A DNA stretch of 50,524 bases, the filler included, from Catajapyx aquilonaris (Eukaryota), in NCBI GenBank assembly GCA_000934665.2. It is 3 parts of 3 records of this genome, joined end to end, with 100 filler letters (N's around TTAATTAATTAA, not from the genome) between each part and the next. Parts side by side here need not be neighbours in the genome. Positions count along the whole stretch, not along the records: positions 33,755 to 50,524 come from JYFJ02007114.1; 2 more parts are not named here. One strand, written 5' to 3'. The number at the start of each line of letters is the position of its first letter. Positions within the stretch are counted from its first letter, which is position 1. Position numbers and translations under genes: made by a program. The notes below the pieces were generated by a model. It worked only from the letters and a program-made list of their open reading frames with translations, did not search any database and was not told where the DNA came from. Shown piece after piece: positions 33,755-47,250 of the stretch.

Positions 33755-36380
33755 GTGCGGAGACATCCCCCTCACCACCTCGTGCAGCTCGGCGACGGCA
33801 AGCGGAGGCTCCAAGTCCCTCGACGAGAGAAGGCACCCGCCTTCCTCGATGACAGTACGTGACACACATCACAAATTCCTTCTCCTGCAACATCCAATCT
33901 TTTGAAATTTGTAAGTCACACTTAACAGTCACACTTAACCAGTCACTGGCCTTATGTCACTTTTTGTATAACAAGTTTCCGTCAATATACAACTAATATC
34001 GATTACAGGGGGAAATGCATTTACAAAGTTCCCACTATTATACTCCACGAGCAACAGCGGCAGGTAGAGGAAGTTTCGTGACGTCTTCTATTAAGCTTGG
34101 CTCAGTGATGATGAATACGTGTTAAAACAAACCGGTAGAGTTTATGACATCTGCTTGCATGAGTACACTTCCACAGGTATGCATCACAATGTTGGAGCAA
34201 CGTTCCCAGATTTCCACAGAATCTCGCTCATTATTTTTACCTTAATGTACATTATTTGGCAAATGCTTCCCAGTAATGAATGACATTGGATTTACTTTAG
34301 GAGAAATCCAAGCCACTGTTGCACTCCTAGTGGAAACGACACATTAAAAATAAGGAACATCCGGTCCTAGAGGAGATTGTCGAAAATTGACAGTCTGGCC
34401 ATGTCCTCCGAGAAAAATGAGCGACTCCAATGGCAATACAACCTACGCCCAACTGGCAGAATCACAAGAACCAGAACCCACCAAATAATATGGTTGTCCC
34501 AAGTATTCTCAGATGATGTTGTCAGGTGAAATATCAGATACGGGAAAACCCAGTTACACATCCTTACAGATATACAATTATTAATTCGGAGTACTCCAGG
34601 AAGAATGTTCAAGTTAAGTTTCTTGTCCTACTTGCAGTGTCAATTATTCAAGAATCAGAAAGCTAGACTTGCGTAGGACAATCATCACTAATGTAATGAT
34701 AAATGTAGCCCATCAAAAAACTAGCATTACACCACAAAATTTAATATCATGGCGATTTCTGCCATTAAGTAATTCAACAGCAGCAAGGTGAGACCACTTT
34801 AGCCTTGTGACCCAGATTTAGTTCCGTCAGGTACATTGCAGTGTACTTGACAAAATAGCAACAGAACAAAACAAAATCCCGAGTCCTTACAGCTTCGTGG
34901 GGTGGAAGGGACACCTCCATTACATTATTATTAAGTGACTATAAAAATCAATCATAAAGTACCAATGGAAACAATGGTTATGTCATTTAGAACTTGAACC
35001 CATTGGTATTGTAGCTGTCTCGCTTGATGATGGTCCGTTCTCATAGCCGCATGTCTTCTCCGGCACACTTTAGAAGCTCATTTTTCCACCTGTTCAATGT
35101 CACAATGGGTAAGTAACCCAGTCTACTACAACAGTGGAAAATGATAAAGAAATGACACGATTGCCACTGACCAAAAATGACCCATGCCAGCTGCTGATGA
35201 GCATCATCACTGTACTCTCAAATAGCACTTGCGGTAATACATTGACATTTCTGACTCACTGTCAGAGGACATGCCGGAAGGCAACAAATGTTCAGGAGTA
35301 AATGCCACACGTTCCGATAGGGAAAATCGCAAATTTTTTTTTAAGAGGACACATTCTGACCTGACTTGGGATTTATAGGCGGTAGTGTTCTTCCCGTCTT
35401 TGACAATGGATCAGAGCAAGAGTAAGTCGTGTCGTAATCTCAAGAGTTCATGGGAGTGATGGGTTGAACATTGATCAGTTTATGGATGATCACTTTCACT
35501 TAGCAATTCTTGAGTACCCAGTAGAGAAGGAGCCGAATTTACTATTCAACAAGAGGGCAATGTGATTGTGTGCGGTGCCGATATCAAAATATTCCCAGTT
35601 GGGTGACAAACCACTCTTTTACCTGATGAGCAGCAGAGCCTACTCATCTAACGTCATGTATGAATTAAGTTATTGCTCATGAATGCATTTACTGCTAACA
35701 GTGAACAATTTCAACAGCCATATTGGAAGCACAGACTGACCATGACGGGGGGGAGCTACATAAAAAAGGCACAGTCGGCCTCGGACAGTAAAATCGAGAA
35801 TAACTTAGATGAAACAGTCAGTTGACTATCATCCTGAAGGCGAAGACGAATAATCTACCAAATGCCATCGAAAAGTACTCACGAATGAACTTCTGGTCTG
35901 ACTGCTGGTCTTCATAAGTTAGTGGATATTGAGAGTGAACAGCAAGAACGTTCGAAAGTTATGTTGAACTAAACTATATGAACGAGTGTGGCACTGTTCA
36001 ATAATAATGCGGTACGACATTTTTATGCGAATGTTTCTATTGGCCGCTCTGCCGGCGTACAAAGCATATTATGTCAGCCTCACAGCAGGTGAGCTTGGTT
36101 GATACAAGTGATAAGTGTTCCCCAAAGCAGTCAAAAAAATATTATTCTTTTACATTTGGCAATAGCATGCCAGTAATGAATAATGTTTGATTTAATGTAG
36201 CAGAAATAAACCAAGCCGCTATTGCATTCCTAATGGAAAGGACATACGGTCCAAGGCGAGAATGCCGAAAATTGACCGTCTGGCCATGTCCTCCAGGCGC
36301 ATGTACGACTTCACTCACAATACAACTCATGTCCAACTGGCAGACTAAGAAGAGTGGCGAGGCTTCGAATGGGATAATCT

Positions 36381-36614
36381 TTGAGACAACTGGCCACTCT
36401 TTTCAGACTTCCCCTGTCCACCATCCAATACACCTGTTCCAAAGTCAAAGAAACCCTTGTGACCAAGTTTGTGCCACAGCATCTTGATTTCGAGGTTGTG
36501 GCTCGTGACATGGTCATCAGTAACCACATCTCTGTCACTTCACAAAAGCTATTTGCTGGTGGTGAGGCAGATGTTGCCATTCTGGTATTGGATGGGACCT
36601 ATACATATACATAG
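36381..36614 (+). mobile_element. DDE_Tnp_4-type (ISL2EU/Harbinger group) transposase fragment
   Basis: LATLF...KFVPQHL...H.S.TSQKLF...AILVLDGTY (first catalytic Asp in the DGT motif). Confidence 0.7.
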
Positions 36615-37380
36615 GACGTTCTTCCGACTACCCCTCTGCTCGACGCGCCTTCTCTGTCCACACACACAGGCCACTCGTTAAGGCATGTTGGTGACGACGA
36701 CTGGCTGCGCAGTACCTTACCATCAAAGAATGTTCTGCAACTTTTTTTCATGAATGCAATTGGTATTTTGTAGGTCAGAAATAGAAACCGCATGCACAAG
36801 TGAAACACCGGAGAGGAAATGACATGTACCTTTCATCTTACCAAGATTGCCAAAGACAGTGAGCGATGCCATGAAAAGAGAACAGGATGACTCCTTGCGA
36901 GAGAAGCAAGCTTGTGGCCACTGTTTTTGAGGAAATGTGCAAATACACATTGTGAGTTTTTCGATTGTGAATTGTATGTGACAGTGAATAACTCAATATT
37001 TTGGATATGAGGCCACCTTAATGCTGATGAAAAGGCATTCTACCTAAACCCAAAGGGAGGCAAAGTTGCTATCCGAAAGAGAGATAAAAGCACTTTGCTG
37101 GAGCCAATGACGATCTTTTCGCATGGTGCAGAAAATTTAGCAGCAATTGTTGCTGATTTACTTAATAGTATATATAAATATGCAATTACGTATACATGGT
37201 ACCTAGAGGTTTAGTTCTCTTAATCTCTTGGTTCTCTAAATTTGAAACTCAAACTTCTATGCGTCTCTGAGAGTGTTAGTAATTGCTTTTGTGGTCGCGC
37301 CGTAAGATTGTTCGGTTTTCGGTTTTATCCAGGTTTGTCGTGGTATAGGTATGACAGGTAGGTATGCGTACAGGTATGGT

Positions 37381-37645
37381 ACTTAAGGAGAAAACATTCC
37401 CATATCAAACTGCCGTGGCCAGTCATATGATAATGCCTCAAATATGTCGGGATGGGATACTGGTTTGCAAGCATGGATTAATCAATTGAATGAGTGGCCA
37501 TATATGTCCCCTGTTCTGGACACAGCCTGAATTTTGTGGGAGGTAAAGCGGCAGAATGTTGTCTAGAAAGCCTGTAAAATTGTTTGACTTTGTTCAGCTT
37601 CTGTATTCCTTTTTCTCTGCTTCTACACATAGATGGAATGTTCTG
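37381..37645 (+). mobile_element. hAT transposase fragment (ZMYM1/Tip100-like)
   Basis: NCRGQSYDNASNMSG...GLQAWI...YVPCSGHSLN...FDFVQLLYSFFSASTHRW, with frameshifts. Confidence 0.85.
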
Positions 37646-40600
37646 TTAATGATTAATTTTTATTTTCCTAATGCATTGCAACCTCAGTTTAATGTAGGCA
37701 TACATAGAAAGAAACATATATTGTATATTATATGGCATATCTCTCTACACTAGTACCTGCGGAGTGATTGCATCACACTTCACACGTGACTCTGCAAACA
37801 ACAATTTAGTACCTTCCCTGCGACTATGGTTAATACGGAATATTACAGAAATGACGTGCAATCCTGTTCAATCCTAACGTACAAAATGGTTACTTAACAG
37901 CTCATGAACTTCTACTGTTTAGCAGCCAACTGCATTTTCCCCTTTAAACTTCAATCCTCATAATACGCGAATATAGTACAGCTCTGATCTTTTGACATTT
38001 CTAAATAGCTGCTCGTGGATTATTGCAGGGCCAGCAGGTAACTTGACAAACGTACCGGTAATGTTTAGTGAACGCAGACAGAGATGGTTTCAATCTCAGA
38101 AATAACTCATAGGGTAGAGATGCCCCAGGGCCAGGTTCTCTATTTGCGACAGTCGAAAACAACTTAAAAATCCAATTCCACGCTGAGTAATCAAGTACCC
38201 ACCCAAGTTTGTGGAAGGATACGCTATGAAATATTGCACTCAAACGTGCACTGATAGTGAAACATCAATCAGCCAGGAGTTTGCACTGGCCTTGTACACA
38301 CCACAAATCCCCCAAGCCTAGGCCCTCGAAACACTTTTTGCATGCCAGATGGCGACTAGAAAGGACAGAGCTGTCTCTGCCACATATCTGAATCGGGCAA
38401 CAGCTAGAAGTTCGGCAAAGTATACCCTAGTTAAATGAGATGTCCTTGGAATATTATGAGGTGTTAAAAAATATAATGCTTTTGGTAAGCATCCACGTAA
38501 ATATTTATTAATAATTTCCCTGGCGACAGGACTACAACCATAAGAAAAGAGAACACACCAAGGGGTACACCATGAATTATTGAATGCTGTACTGTTGGCC
38601 GAAGACACTTCCACATAATATGGTACAAACCATTGCTGTGAGTCACATAATATGTTGGGTACTGCAGAAGGAAGCCCATCTAAGCTCGTGTGTCACATGC
38701 TAGGACGAAATCGGAAGTGACAATTTATTCTGTTATGAGATCAAAGTCACATTCGGCTTGAAGTCCGGGTGACAAGCGATCAGCTCTTAATCACTCCCCA
38801 GTTTTCAAACGTTTAAATGTCATAAATTAATGAAGGAGACCTTGATACCACATAATATTATGTGGTATCGCCAGAAGGCTGTGTATCATGCCAGGTATAC
38901 AAGGCCATTCAGGTACACAATTGGGAATTTTCACCTGCAGTATTCTACAGTATGGCATTATAGATGTTACGGCACTTCTAAATGATATATCAGTAATGAA
39001 TTTTCTGTGCATTTCTTTAGTTGCATAGATTTTAAATCTATTATTTTCACATTAATTTCAGTGATAACTTCATAGTACTGTGCCGCATATTACGCCACGC
39101 AGTGCAGCCTCCTGCTATCACTATTTAAAAACCTGGTAGTGTTCCTCAAAGGAGTTCTTCGACCGTCAGGACAAACCAACAGTGCAGATATAAAACACTT
39201 TTCTACAATAGGAAATATCGAATATGAGTACAACTATTGGGACAAAAGTGGACCAAAAGTAGATTGATTCCAGTGGGTGCTTCTCAGCAGAACAGTGTGA
39301 ACTGCCTAACTGCAGTATTACTCATATATGAAGACAAGTTCGCTATATGTATATAATCCTCCCGCCCTACGCGATATCGAACCGCGCCCAAAATTGTGCC
39401 ATAAGTTTCAGAAAATGCGGAGATGAAGCAGCCAGTTAGTATAAGAGTGACACCACTCTGGCCCGACTGGCGTAGAAACAGATGTCGAAATTGAATAGGA
39501 CGTGAGATTTGTGCCAAGCTTTCCATTCGTAAATAATAACAACTTGGGTGCTGGGAAAAGTATCTACCCGATCGCGAACAAGGTGGAGCACTTGATTGTT
39601 CAGATGTGGTTCAGAAGATCCGGAACGGCGCCCCGTGACCCAAAGGACACTACTGGCATCGAGGTGACTCATATGACTTCAACACATACCCATCTCCACT
39701 CACGATCGAGCTCCACAACACAACGCAATGTGTTAAAAGTCATACAAGCAGCATTTATTACTGATAATCGCTGAAATCGCTCGAAATCGCTAACTAATAA
39801 ATGGCAACTGGTGAGGTCTTTCCCATTGACAAGTTTGGTGGCGACAGATCCTTCGCCGATTGGAGGCAGCTATACGACATGTATGCAGACGCATTAGAGT
39901 AGGAAAGGTACCAGTCCAGCTGAAGGCACAAACCGAACCTTGGAAGCTAGGTGGCAAACTAGCATTTCATGATTTTTTCCAACAATATTAAACACAGATA
40001 AGCAGACAAGTCACGAAGATGAGGATGGAGAGGGTTGATGTTGAGACAGGCATATAGTGGATTTTCATGAGAGGTAAAGCAATAGAATCTTACAAATCTT
40101 GACCAACTTGAGAAAATGTACGATATGTCACGTTATGACCAATTTCCTGGAGATGAAAATGTGGATGCAGCGACAACAAAAAGAGGGCTTCTCGCTGAAC
40201 TCGGAAAAGAAGGAAAGAGGACGTCAGAGCTGCATCCATTTGTACGCCAATTTGGAAGACGCCTACGACTCCCAGAGCCAGCCTAGCCCGATTACCCATA
40301 AATAAAATGAGGAGGACTACGACTTTCCGGACTTACACCCCGGTCCTATTGATTTTTGCTGCATAGTGCAATTTATTTAAGTGACTTCCACTTTTGGGGG
40401 AAAATAAATTGAATGCTGTCACTTTACGATTAGGCCTACATGCCTACTTGAAAACACATTGATTTCATTTTATTGTGGCAATTAATCGTGATGAAAGTTC
40501 TCTCCTATGGAGTCGGCACGTTCCATCAATATTGGTATCAATGATACCCTGTCTTCAGTTGCCCCGAGTCTATCGTAACCCATTATTCCAAAACAACCTT

Positions 40601-42837
40601 TTGTTGTATTTGTGGTTGTGGGATTTGCTGTAATTCACCAGAAAATAATTATATGAAGGGAAAATGGTGTAAGTTGATATACTGCTGGGAAGGAACATGT
40701 TATGCAGATATAATGAAAAATTAGAATATTTGAACAGATTTTGTGGCCCAAATACGTAATGTGCGTAAATCGTACATATATATGCTGCATCTTAGGCTTA
40801 ATTATTATGACAGTGAAAAGCTCAATAGCTTCACACCTAAGGAGAAGTCTAGTTAAGAGACATTAAGTTTCACATCTACCAGCAACCATTCCTTATTCCA
40901 AGGATGGGGTGTTGCATCAGGTAAGGAGTGGGTGCAAAATGACAACTTGCAAGTTTTTGGGAGCAGGAGTGATGGTAATCATTCATGGCAAGAATAATGA
41001 CATAAAAGTCATATGACAGTCATAAAAGGACAATAAGAACACTTAATCTTGGATCAAAAAACTGACATATGTTCCTGTTCATGCCGTCTAGGACTGAAGA
41101 AGGAAACATTCTCCTTAGGTGATATTGCTTTAGCGTCTCTTGAGTAAGGCTGTGGTCGGGAATGTTTGCAAGCGACACTGTAATAATGAACTACGAGCCC
41201 ATTCTCGGAAGTCTGTCACATTCAGATAATGTACAACTTGCAAGTCCTCCACATGACCATCCAGGAACGTTTCTCGTCTGTCAGTGAGTGAGTGGTGACT
41301 GAGCATTGCGTTCCGAAAGCTACTACTTGAATGGCCAAATGTGTATGGGACCATAATAAGTAATAAAGAACGATAGGTACAGTACAGCTACGTATATGAG
41401 GCCAAGCCAAGCTACAAACCACAATAGGTTCGCCTACAAAAGGTTACTCGCAAAGTTTCTCACCTCTGCTCACCCACTTCACACGAGACAGGGCTTAACA
41501 CAGCCACACATAAGATCAAGCACAAGGCCGTGTAAGGCAGGTAAATGTTTCGCATCGGAAGTCTGTTCGACCTTGAAACTTGAATGGAAGCATCAGGACG
41601 ATGTATGATTTCATACTACAAAATACACCGATATTCTGTTGCCCGGTGGTCCAGACCCAGATGGACAACCGGATGCTTGTCATTATGCAGGGAAAACAAT
41701 TAACGGCGGTACACTGCCACTTATCGTTGATGAATTATTGACTCACGGCCAGAGGAGTTGTGACAGGTCGGTTGATAGTTGTGTGTAAACTGCAAAGGAT
41801 CGTGACATGAGAACCTGTTCTATTTGTGCCCTTCAATCATAGTTATAATATAACTGGTCCCACGGCAAAATGATAATCGGTGTACAGTACGTCACACCAA
41901 ACCTATATGCAGTGAAGACCCAACATAATTCGGGAAATAACAAATCCCCAGACGGACAGTGTAATTTTCATACTCAAGCATTCAACCTAACTCTGATTCC
42001 ATCATACACATATGTGCGTGAAAAACCTTTTAGACCTAATATACATATGATTACTACTGTATAATATTATAATACAAATACACCAATATTCTGTGACCAG
42101 ATGGAAAACTGGATGGACAAACATGTTAAGACATTTGTTCGTCACGATGCAGAGACACCGTAAGAATAGGCTTACATACAGTACATTTTCAGAATAGGCG
42201 TACATGATCAATGCTGTGAATAAGCTGTACTGAAATATTCTTCTTAGGGTAGCCTGTAAATCGTCAGACATGGTACAAACGAAAAGCAGATCAGGGGAAC
42301 TGGACAGGTCAGGCAATGGCTCTTGTTACAGAGAGGCAGATGACCACTATGCAAATATTCCAATGGGTACCACATTCACCTTATGGGAAAAATGGGGGTT
42401 AAAAGCTTGGACGACGAGCACAACAACTAGGACAAACGTGGAACCGAAATAGATTGGTTAGCCATGGGAATCCGATTCAACCCGGGCTACCGGTGCAGGA
42501 TGCATGCATTCAGAATGGTCAGTACAATTCAATTTGTAGCCACTCTTTGAGTAGCATACTGTAGAGTGTACGCACGCCTTTTCTGTGCCTCGTGTCACCC
42601 ATTTGATTGAGACATTGTACTTTCTAGTGAACCTGAATACCAACTTGAAACATACTTTCAAGTTGTATCAAAACCTTCTTCGGATCAGGTCTAAAAGATT
42701 AATTTCGAACTAGAAGTAGTCGACAGGATTTACTTATTTTACCATGTTCCATTTAGCCTGTCTTGCCGTTAATAATACCTTTAATTTTTGAGGCTTTGCT
42801 TTTTAAAATGCATTTAGACCACCATACATCATTACAA

Positions 42838-43310
42838 AAATTCGTTAACATATGAACTAATTTATATTCTCCTTGAAAATTGTACTGCAAAGAAAACATT
42901 GAAAGTGCGCTCTGACCAGCTGAACAGTGATATCCAACTGATTAAATATTTTCCGAATATGGAAAGACGCCAAAATTATGCACCACCTAAAAGAACATCA
43001 CGCAACGCCAATCATTAAAGGTCAGTCGAGTTCAGATACATTCGTTGACTTCTTTTGAAAAGAAATCCCCCATTCTTGTGAAAGAGGAAATAACAGCTTA
43101 AAGCCTCAAATCATCGCACCTCGCGCCATCAGGAAACTTCGTTCCGGGGAACTCTTTTGGAGACATGCAGGGTCTGCGGGGGAAGTAATTTTCCCAATGT
43201 CACAATATCTTTCAGATGGATGCAAACCCAGTGGGACCGAAGCCACTGCCCCATGCCCTCATGAGGATAGCCGAGGCATAACCACCCCAACCATTGTCCC
43301 GAAACCTCCA
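42838..43310 (+). repeat. Diverged dispersed repeat, copy 1 (copy 2 at ~45242-45660)
   Basis: Collinear shared blocks: TTCGTTAACATAT, AAGTGCGCTCTG.CCAGCT, GGTCA.TCGAGTTCA, CCTCGCGCCATCAG.AAACTTCGTTC, CCAGTGGGACCGAAGCCAC. Confidence 0.75.
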
Positions 43311-45040
43311 AGCAGTGAAGAGCAGCAGTGTGATATTATAATACTGCGTGCTGGTTGGAAAAGGCGGAAATCTTCTAGAACGACTCTTGTATTGGAATGA
43401 TACACAGAAAGAGCTGAAGGCAAGAGGACTGCAGGATAAGGATAAAGAAGGATCGTAGAATGAAGACTTGGGAGACATTGAAGTCATTACGAGGGTCTTC
43501 ACTCGTCTGCAGTTTACGAATATCTAAATAAACTGTTAGAAACAGACAAAAATAATCCTCTGTACACATAAATTCGATATGTCTCAGACACTTCACCATT
43601 TCTATCCAAAACCCGCGAAATCTTTCGCCTCATGAAGGACCCCAAAAAATTAGTGTAGCTCCCTCCTCTTTGTGGCTACTACCGGTTTGTTTGTTTGTTG
43701 TTGTTTTTTTTAAATTACCCACCTCCTGGTGTTGCGTTATAGTACAAAAGGACCTGCCCTGGGCAGCAGAAGAGAGGACAACAGAATTCGCCCCTGTTGG
43801 CCCCCAAACCAAATTGATGCGAGTACCGCCTCCAACTGATCAGACAAAGGACGAAAAGGAAACCACAGCATTTTATGAATGCAAACTCTTCAGTCACCAT
43901 TCAGTGAGTTCAATACCTTCACTCTCTCTGTTAAATTACTTTTTGTTAAGGGGTTTATGTATCTTCTTATAAATGTCACATGAGTAAATAAATCATTCCC
44001 AGAAGGGAATAAAACTACCCTATAAAACAATATTAATTAATACAATAATTATCAGCAACTCTAATAAATGGCGTTGGTGGTGGTCACAATCGTCCTCTGG
44101 TTGTAGTCTTCTTCAATTATTCGCCGGTGACCTGTGGTGACCACATAACCCGCCATCAACATGATGGCCAAAGTTAATTTGGTGACAACTGCATCCATAC
44201 TGAATACGATAATAATGCACCCTCAGCAGCAGTGGTACGCATAACAAATCCCTTTGCAGCAGTCACGTTGTTGCAAAGGACATCAGGGCCTTGCACCTCC
44301 GAGGGATAGTGAAGTATAGACATGTCGTTGAACTCCACACATTATTTAGGTAACTCTTTGCAGCAATGTGTTGCAGAAAATTTAATATCGATTAATAACT
44401 ATGTAAGAACAAAAGCATCGCTAAAATATCAACTCATGTTCCTGATCAGATTTAACGTTTTCATAGTAAATATTTCTTTTTTTGACCTGCTATTTAAGAG
44501 AAAAATAATGAACATGCTGATGGCAGGCGCCAACACGAATGAAGGCAAACCACATTTTCCGAACGTATTTACCATGTTATTTTGTTTGATACTTTCTGAC
44601 CACGGAGGAAAATCCAGACATGCACATGCAGCACATATAAAGAAGATCCACAAAGAGACTAGATTGAACTTTTCCTAATTATTCTTATCTTCGCCAATGA
44701 CAGAAAAACGTTCAATGAATTATTACGCCGAGCTTCATTTATCAGAAAACAACTTCCCAAGATACGACCTTTTCCAAACATGAAAACACATCTTCCAATA
44801 TCCAAACATCCGCCTTCCCTTGACGAACTGGCTCAAGGCAGACTTTCGAAACTAATTATAAGGGTGAATACAGATTTTAAATGGGTAGATTATGGTACCC
44901 AGAATGGACAGGCGAGATGAGCCGCAGCTGCTAGGGAAAGGTTACCACTATGGGGTGGTTCATCATTATCGCACTCCGACATAATCTTGACATCCATGGA
45001 AATGCCAGGATAAAATGCAAGTATAGTATTCTAGGTATAC

Positions 45041-45151
45041 GGTAATTGGTATCTGTCGATATTGACCTTTCTTCAGTGGCTTATGTTTTGTATAATTCGG
45101 AGCTGTGTCCCCCTAAGAGGGCTCCGCCCTATAATGTGGTAAATAAAATAA
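45041..45151 (+). mobile_element. Short retroposed 3' end (truncated LINE/SINE) with 16-bp TSD
   Basis: AGTATTCTAGGTATAC at 45025-45040 and 45152-45167, an internal CGGAGC...GCTCCG hairpin and an AAATAAAATAA tail. Confidence 0.65.
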
Positions 45152-45241
45152 AGTATTCTAGGTATACATTTGATGGTCGATCACACGAGAATAAGTTGCT
45201 AGCCGACCAGAAGGTCGAAAATGTTCGAGCATGAAGTCCCG

Positions 45242-45660
45242 AATTCGTTAACATATTAACAAATTTCTATTCAATTTGAAAATTGAAGTATTGGAAGTGC
45301 GCTCTGCCCAGCTCAACAATGATATCAAACTGATTTAATATATTTCTAATAATATGGAAATATGTCATTATGCGCCATGAAAAGAAGAAGAAAAAAATCA
45401 TGTAACGCCAGTAATAAAAGGTCAATCGAGTTCACAAACATTGACTTATTTTTGAAAGAAATTCAGTAACTCTGGAGGTGAATAATATATCGGACCTCGC
45501 GCCATCAGCAAACTTCGTTCTGGGGACCTACAGGGGCTGTGGAGATTTTTTTTCTTCTTTATATCTTGCAGATATGCAAAGCCAGTGGGACCGAAGCCAC
45601 AGCCTGATGCCCCCATGAGGATGGTCGATGCACCACCAGCATTGTCCCAAAACCAGCCAG
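45242..45660 (+). repeat. Diverged dispersed repeat, copy 2 of 42838-43310
   Basis: Same collinear blocks as copy 1. Confidence 0.75.
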
Positions 45661-46439
45661 TGTAGAGGACCAGTATGGAACAATAATACTGGATGTTACT
45701 CTAATTATATTATAAACATAATATGTACTTGGTATTATATCCATGTATAATACTGTACAAAAAATCGCCAGTTAATACTTGAAGGTCACAAGCATTCACA
45801 TTTTGGAACCCCGGCAAATCTGGGCTAATTGAGAGCATAAGTACATGGAAGGGATGTTTCGTCTTCATTATAACACCTCCGCACATTTCAACTCCAGATC
45901 GACATGGCGCCTGTTAGAGGAAGGCTCTACAGGAGTTGAAGGACGTCGTGGGTGACCAGGGGGGTGGTTTGGGGACAGATCACTCCAGCGAGGAGAGGAT
46001 GGGCTCGGAGGAGGAGAGTGGTCGTAAATACAGGGTGACTGTGCTCAGAGGCCGACGATCCAGGAGACTTATATAGAGGACACTAAATCGTCCGAAGAGG
46101 AGGAGGAAAACACGACCATACACCTGACTATAGACAATCATCACGTGACAGGCCATGGGTATGCTCATATTGTGGGGCTGGTTTCCGTGGGAAATCGGAT
46201 TCGGAGTGGCACGAAACCACACACACACACTGAGGAGTACTCCACAATTTTCTGACGTCATGGGAGGAGAAGTTTCCAGCTTTCTAGAGTGTGAAAATTG
46301 CACACATGAACAAAGAACAACATGAGCAGCTGAAGACATGTGTTACAACTCTTCACACTCGCATGTCATATATTCCCACCGTCGGAACTGTCTCGCATGA
46401 TTGTGCATGTGATCAAAATAACTATTTCCATCACTTTGC

Positions 46440-46800
46440 AGGACCACTCATGACCAGGGTGCAAACTCTCCGGAAAGACATACTGAACGTTCCCAGTCAC
46501 ATGATCGGAAGACACGACTGTTCCATCACGGTATGATGTCAGTGCAAAGTGTGACCGCTCCGAAACAAGCCGAGTTCCAGAGATGATACAAGATGGCAAG
46601 TGGAATGAACTTCAGAAACTAGCTGGGAACCTGGAAAATCACTCAAGAGTTTAATCCAGTTCGTGAAAAACAATGCCTGCGAGGTTCTGAACAGCGTGAC
46701 TGCAATGTTCATCAACGGACAAAGGATAAATTATTATCAGCGGGGACAGTTCGACTTGCACGCTTCATGCAGCTCTGTCAAGTGGAACACAGTACGATAC
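46440..46800 (+). mobile_element. Kolobok/Mutator-like transposase remnant (related fragment at ~48760-48880)
   Basis: LRKDILNVPSHMIGRHDC and IQFVKNNACEVLNSVTAMFINGQRINYYQRG; the second copy reads IQSAKNNPYEVMNNVAAMFLNRKRINYSQRG. Confidence 0.55.
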
Positions 46801-46959
46801 ATGTGAGCATTAAGGTCTCAATACTTGATCCTTAGCAGTAGTGGCAAAATGAGAGTCAGTCTTGCGACTCAGGTAAGCGAACAGTGTGATGGGAATCATG
46901 TGGTGGCCCAAGAAACTATGTTTATGGTTTTGCATTCCACTGAACAAGATTATGAAACA

Positions 46960-47250
46960 TACTCCTCCAACAGACAATGGGCGTGTGGAAAAAGGGGTGG
47001 GCGCAGTAAAGCAGCTCTTGCGTAAATCGAGGGATGGAGGCACGAAGTTCTCTCGCATACTTTCTGGAATACCACACCAACCCACGATTGGGGGGATATT
47101 CACCAGCGCAGCTGTTTTATGGCCGTCGCATCAGAACGTCGCTCCCAATGATGACAGAACTGCTGACTCCAGGAATGGTGGACTGGGACGAAGTACGCGT
47201 ACTACAACGCCTTCGGCAGGAGAAGATGAAATACTACGCAGACTTAGGGT
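46960..47250 (+). mobile_element. Gypsy-type LTR retrotransposon integrase fragment
   Basis: NGRVEKGVGAVKQLLRK / LEYHTNP..GYSPAQLFYGRRIRTSLP, with a frameshift. Confidence 0.75.

Noticed and set aside
39801..39902. Gag-like start MATGEVFPIDKFGGDRSFADWRQLYDMYADALE*
   Set aside because: Too short, with no LTR/PBS or downstream gag-pol found.
45890..46290. Possible solo LTR with PBS-like TGG on the minus strand
   Set aside because: No TG...CA termini or TSD could be delimited.
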